Below are positions 40,507 to 44,430 of a stretch of DNA of 44,430 bases, one piece after another. The stretch lies in contig RQSC01001147.1 of assembly GCA_013416795.1 (NCBI GenBank), positions 97,270-141,699 on the forward strand, written 5' to 3'. The stretch is from Prasinococcaceae sp. CCMP 1430. Taxonomy: Eukaryota > Plantae > Prasinodermophyta. A model generated the notes under the pieces. That model was not told the origin of the DNA. It did not search any database and was given only the letters and a program-made list of their open reading frames with translations. The translations under genes and the position numbers were made by a program. Position 1 is the stretch's first letter, and every line of letters begins with the position of its first letter.

Positions 40507-43500
40507 TCACCGCCTGGCAGACTTGCCCGCGCGCGACCGCTGCACGCTCGCGAGCTGCCTGATCGCGAGCACCGCCAGGTCCCTGGCAGCGCTGTCCGCC
40601 AGGACGAGGGTGACGCTGCCTTTGGCGTTCGAAAGCGTGAGCTGGTTGGCCGACGCGGTCGAGCACACCACGCTGCATTCGAGGGGCACGCTTTTCCACA
40701 GCGCCTTGTTGCGCTTGGACCTGAACGACACCTTGCGCGGTTCTAGTACGAGCGAGCCTTCCTCGCGCTTGTTTGCCGCGTTGGTCGCGCCCAGCGTGGC
40801 CTTGCCGTCGGTGACCATGCGGCGGAGCCACTGGTCTTGCTCTGGCAGTGGCAGCAAGCGCTTGCCTTCCGCCAGAGTCACTGTCTCGACGCTCCCCAGC
40901 ACGCCCTCAGCGTTGGTGGGCGTGCACTCCACGGCGATGACAGACCCGACGTCATCTGCGGACAGGTCGTACGTGGGCGTGGTCGCGCCGGGCACGGCCA
41001 CGCCGTCGCGCGTCCACTGGAAGAGACAGAGGGTCATGCCGTTGACGGGGTTGCCGCACGCCTGCATCGTTTGACCGACCTCGACCTTGCCCAGGACCTG
41101 CAGGTCCGCGACGGCCGGGAGCGACTCGTCCGATTCCGCAGCGGGAGAGGCGAGCGCGCTGTCGGCGCTCGCGTGGGCATCCGCGTCTGTTGCGGGCTCG
41201 GCTGTGGCCGCGATGTCGTCGCTGCTCGCGCTCCCGTCGGCGGCCGGAGGCAAGACCTGCTCGGGGGGATCGCTGCTCGGCTCCGGAGAGTCCTCAACGT
41301 CGCGTACGCCTGGCCTCATGGCAGTGGCGATGCGCGTCAGTGCGGCCTCGCCGCCTCCCGCCTCGCCGCCTCCCGCCGCCGCGCCGCCCTTGCCAGGAGT
41401 GCCAGGCTCGGTGGCATACTCTTGCACAAAGGCGCGAAGGGTGAGAGCGATGAGGTCCCTGTCCTTGCCGCTGACGGCCATGAGGCTGCGGCTTTGCACA
41501 CCGCCGCCGGCCTTGACCGCAAAGCGCTCCTTCTCTGTGCGGGCCAGGGAGATGTCGATTGCGGCCGAGACTGGCACACTCGCCAGTGTGCTCCCGTTGG
41601 ACTCGACGGTCACCGCCTCGTGCGTGAGCTTGAGCGTCGCGTCGTGCTTCTCAGTGACGCCCGGGATGGCCACCGCGAAGGAGGCCTCCTTCGCCTCGAC
41701 GTTCGCGCTGACCGCGGCCTCCACCTCGGGCGCGGTGGCGAGCTTGTCGGTGCTCGTGCTCACCGGCGTGCCGGCGACGCCCTCGCTGCTCACCGGTACC
41801 GCGTCCACTCGCAGCCTGCAGCCCACATCGTCCGCGCTCGCGAAGAGGATGGGCGAGTTGCATCCCTTGAGCACCGAGTATGTGCTCGCGGACGGATCCG
41901 AGCGGTACCACTGGAAGCGGCAGCGCGTGCAGCCGTCGAGCGAGCCCTGCGCGGTGATTTCCGTCCCATGATACTCGCGCGAGCTCAGGCTCAGCTTCAC
42001 GATGGTTGGACGCGGAGAATCTGTGTGCTGCTGCATGTGTGTGGGCACCTCCGCCGCGGCGGCCTCGGCCTGGGCAGCTTCGAGCACCGCTCGCTCGGCC
42101 CTCTCGGCGGCGGCCCTCTCAGCGGCGGTGGCAGATGCCTCGGCAGCAGCCACTTCCGCGGCGGCTTTGGCGGCAGTTGCCTCGGCCTGCCGCGCCGCAT
42201 CCTCCTCGGCGGCACGCTTGGCGCGCTGCGACGCCTCCTCCGCCTGCTTCTCCGCGAGCTTCGTGGCCACCTCGAGCGCCTCCTTGCGCGCCTCTTCGGC
42301 CGCCTCGCGCTTAGCAGCTTCAGCAGCCGCGAGCTTTGCGCGCGTAAGCTCGAGCGCCTCGGCAGCGGCCGCAGCGAGTTCTGTGGGTGTGGAGGGGGCG
42401 GAGGGCGCGGACTCGTCGGTGTCAGCAGCATCGCCCGTGTCGGGCGAGCTGCCCTCCTCCTGCAGGCTCGCGCGAACCTCGTCCCAGCCCTGCTCGTGCG
42501 TCTCCACCTGCTTGGAGAGCTCGTCCTTGGCCGACTCGAGCGTGGCGATCCGCTCCGTGGAGGCGGCGACGGCGGCGTGGGCCTCGTCTGCGCTGGCGCT
42601 CGCTGCGGCTGCGGCCGCCACGGCGTCGTCACGCTCACGCGCGGCGCGCACGCTGCGCGCCTCTGCCTCCTCTAGCTTGGCCAGCAGCTCCGCTGGCGGC
42701 TCCGCGGGCGTCGTTCTCTCCACGGCGAGCTGCGCCTTGAGGTCGTCGAGCAGGATCTTGACGTCAGCGCACAGCGTCGCGGCGTCGGGTGCGGAGCCCT
42801 TGCTCAAGCCAGCCTCTTCGACGATGGGAAGGAGCTCGCGCTCGTAGACGGCAACCCGGTCGGTCAGCTCAGCAACCTCTTCTTTGTAGGCCGCATTGGA
42901 GGCCCTCAACTCCTGAACCTCGGCGCCGAGCGCGCGCGCGCCCGCCGATGCCGTCTCCGACTTGGCCGCGCGCGAGGTGGCTTGCGAGAGCGACACGCGC
43001 GCCTCGGCGACCTCGGCGCGGAGCTTCGAAACCGTGTTTGTCATCTCGAGCTTCTCCTTGGCCCACTGTGCCTCCCGCGACAACGAGGCCACCTCGGTCT
43101 GGCCACTCGCAGCAGCGGCGCCAGCGACGTCGCCGCGCGCGCTGGAGAGTGCGGCATCCTTCTCAGCGACGCGTTGCTCGAGCAGCGCCATCTCGCCGCT
43201 CCAGTACGCCTCCTTGTCTTCCAGGTACTGAGACTTGATCTCGAGCTCTCGCTCAAGCCGCTTCACGCGCGTCTTGAGCACCTCGGCCTCGCCGGTAGGG
43301 CCGGGGGCAGCTCCCGCGCTCGCGGCTTGCGCACTGAGGTGCGCCGCGGCTGCCGCGGCGGCCTGCGCGTCTGGCCTCGGTGCCACCGCCTGCGAGAGCG
43401 CCGCCTGGCTCTCCGCGAGCTGCTCGGTGAGCTCCTTGATCTTATCCTCGAGCAGGGTGGCCTCTCGCCCCTTGGACAGGCTCTCCCACTCGACCGCCTT

Positions 43501-43695
43501 GAGGCGGCTCTTGAGCCAGTTGTTCTCGTGCACCTTCTTCGTGATTTCCTTCTCGGCGGCGTCTATGACCTTGCTCCACGCCGTGACCTGCTGTCGCAGG
43601 CTGGGCGACACACCCGCACCGCCCACCGCCGCGGCGGGCACACCGCCTGCGGTCGCAGCAGGCGTCTGGAGGGCCAGCCCGCCGGGGTTCGCCAT
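40507..43695 (-). CDS. Long coiled-coil protein with two Ig-like + PH-like modules (SCAB/AIR9-A9-like), ~1062 aa
   Basis: About 550 aa of heptad-rich region, then two repeats FQWYR...ASADDVGCRLRVDAVP...RDLIALTLRAF and ACGNPVNGMTLCLFQWTR...ATTPTYDLSADDVGSVIAVECTP...RDLAVLAIRQL. An acceptor (CTGAC..CCAG) at 43718 implies an upstream exon. Confidence 0.8.
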   Translation of the reverse strand: MANPGGLALQTPAATAGGVPAAAVGGAGVSPSLRQQVTAWSKVIDAAEKEITKKVHENNWLKSRLKAVEWESLSKGREATLLEDKIKELTEQLAESQAALSQAVAPRPDAQAAAAAAAHLSAQAASAGAAPGPTGEAEVLKTRVKRLERELEIKSQYLEDKEAYWSGEMALLEQRVAEKDAALSSARGDVAGAAAASGQTEVASLSREAQWAKEKLEMTNTVSKLRAEVAEARVSLSQATSRAAKSETASAGARALGAEVQELRASNAAYKEEVAELTDRVAVYERELLPIVEEAGLSKGSAPDAATLCADVKILLDDLKAQLAVERTTPAEPPAELLAKLEEAEARSVRAARERDDAVAAAAAASASADEAHAAVAASTERIATLESAKDELSKQVETHEQGWDEVRASLQEEGSSPDTGDAADTDESAPSAPSTPTELAAAAAEALELTRAKLAAAEAAKREAAEEARKEALEVATKLAEKQAEEASQRAKRAAEEDAARQAEATAAKAAAEVAAAEASATAAERAAAERAERAVLEAAQAEAAAAEVPTHMQQHTDSPRPTIVKLSLSSREYHGTEITAQGSLDGCTRCRFQWYRSDPSASTYSVLKGCNSPILFASADDVGCRLRVDAVPVSSEGVAGTPVSTSTDKLATAPEVEAAVSANVEAKEASFAVAIPGVTEKHDATLKLTHEAVTVESNGSTLASVPVSAAIDISLARTEKERFAVKAGGGVQSRSLMAVSGKDRDLIALTLRAFVQEYATEPGTPGKGGAAAGGGEAGGGEAALTRIATAMRPGVRDVEDSPEPSSDPPEQVLPPAADGSASSDDIAATAEPATDADAHASADSALASPAAESDESLPAVADLQVLGKVEVGQTMQACGNPVNGMTLCLFQWTRDGVAVPGATTPTYDLSADDVGSVIAVECTPTNAEGVLGSVETVTLAEGKRLLPLPEQDQWLRRMVTDGKATLGATNAANKREEGSLVLEPRKVSFRSKRNKALWKSVPLECSVVCSTASANQLTLSNAKGSVTLVLADSAARDLAVLAIRQLASVQRSRAGKSARR

Positions 43696-44392
43696 GGCGT
43701 CCGCGCTGGGGCGCACCCTGGTGGTGCGTGAGGGGGCAGGGACGTGTCAGCGCTTGTGCGCCGCGCACGGCGCGGCAGGGCAGCCGCAAGGGCGTGAAAC
43801 GCCTCCAGAGCGCGCACGCACACACGCGCTTGCCCTGGGCCTAGCCCCTGACGCACTCACGCACGCACGCGCACACGCACGCGCATCTTTTCAAATTCGC
43901 CGCCCTGCGCTCGGCGCTGCGAGGCGCCGCGGGCGGCCAGCCTGTCCCACCGCAGAATCTCCGACGACCCCCACACCCACAGCTCGCGGCGCCGGGCTCC
44001 TCGAGCAACTCACCCTCCGTCTGCCACCGCGCGCGCAGCACCCGCGCGCGCACGGCGCGCGCCGAGTGGCTCGCCCCCCCCCCCCTTCTTGCCCAGCGCG
44101 CCCCTCCTCCGCCCCCCCAACAAAAAAGCCTCTGCTCGAAACGCACTGCGGCCGCCGGCCAGCCGCCGCGCCGGGCGCCGCGGAGCAGTTTTGGGGTATG
44201 TTTAGGGTCAAAGTCAAATAGGGTTCGAATCAGGCGTGGCAGCGGCCTTTGCCCTCTCCCCGTTCCCCCCCGGCCAATCGGTGTTGCGGCGGCCGCGGCC
44301 GTTACGACTGCGCGCGCGCGCTCCGACGACGCGCGGCGGCGCGAGAGCCTCTTGGCCTCCCGCAGGCGCGCAGGTGGGGGGGATGGACTCAC

Positions 44393-44430
44393 CTTGCTCG
44401 CGCAGCTGCACCTCTTCCTGCACGCCGGTG
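44393..44430 (-). other. Exon running off the window end, with a strong donor; possibly the 5' exon of the 40507-43695 gene
   Basis: CAAG|GTGAGT donor at 44392; an unpaired acceptor sits at 43718. Confidence 0.45.

Noticed and set aside
1-44430. tRNA, rRNA, transposase or retroelement sequence
   Set aside because: No cloverleaf, rRNA-like tract, or RT/integrase/transposase motifs recognised by eye; a tRNAscan-SE or Infernal run would be needed to exclude them formally.

Overview
Very GC-rich, gene-dense eukaryotic DNA, not prokaryotic. It has short GT-AG introns with CTGAC branch points, recurrent TGTAA poly(A)-type signals, and plastid-related genes (MEX1, plastid-type rpl32, CHUP1-like). 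This points to a compact green-algal (prasinophyte-like) nuclear scaffold; the taxon is an inference. About 25 genes or gene fragments can be read, mostly alternating in strand, with five assembly gaps (15692, 33076-33254, 36411-36470, 39184, 39478-39495). Most long ORFs in the supplied track are antisense or GC shadows. The best finding is hidden from the ORF track: 30207-30893 is one reading frame interrupted by two in-frame TGA codons in CxxU and UC contexts, followed 135 nt later by a well-formed type II SECIS hairpin. It is therefore a probable two-selenocysteine membrane selenoprotein (MSP family). Other highlights are a VHS-like + UIM + polyproline + CHUP1-type C-terminal domain protein (possible ubiquitin-directed actin nucleator), a nuclear intron-containing plastid rpl32 with a transit peptide, and a coiled-coil protein with two Ig-PH-like (SCAB/AIR9-like) modules. 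All family assignments come from remembered motifs; no database searches were run.
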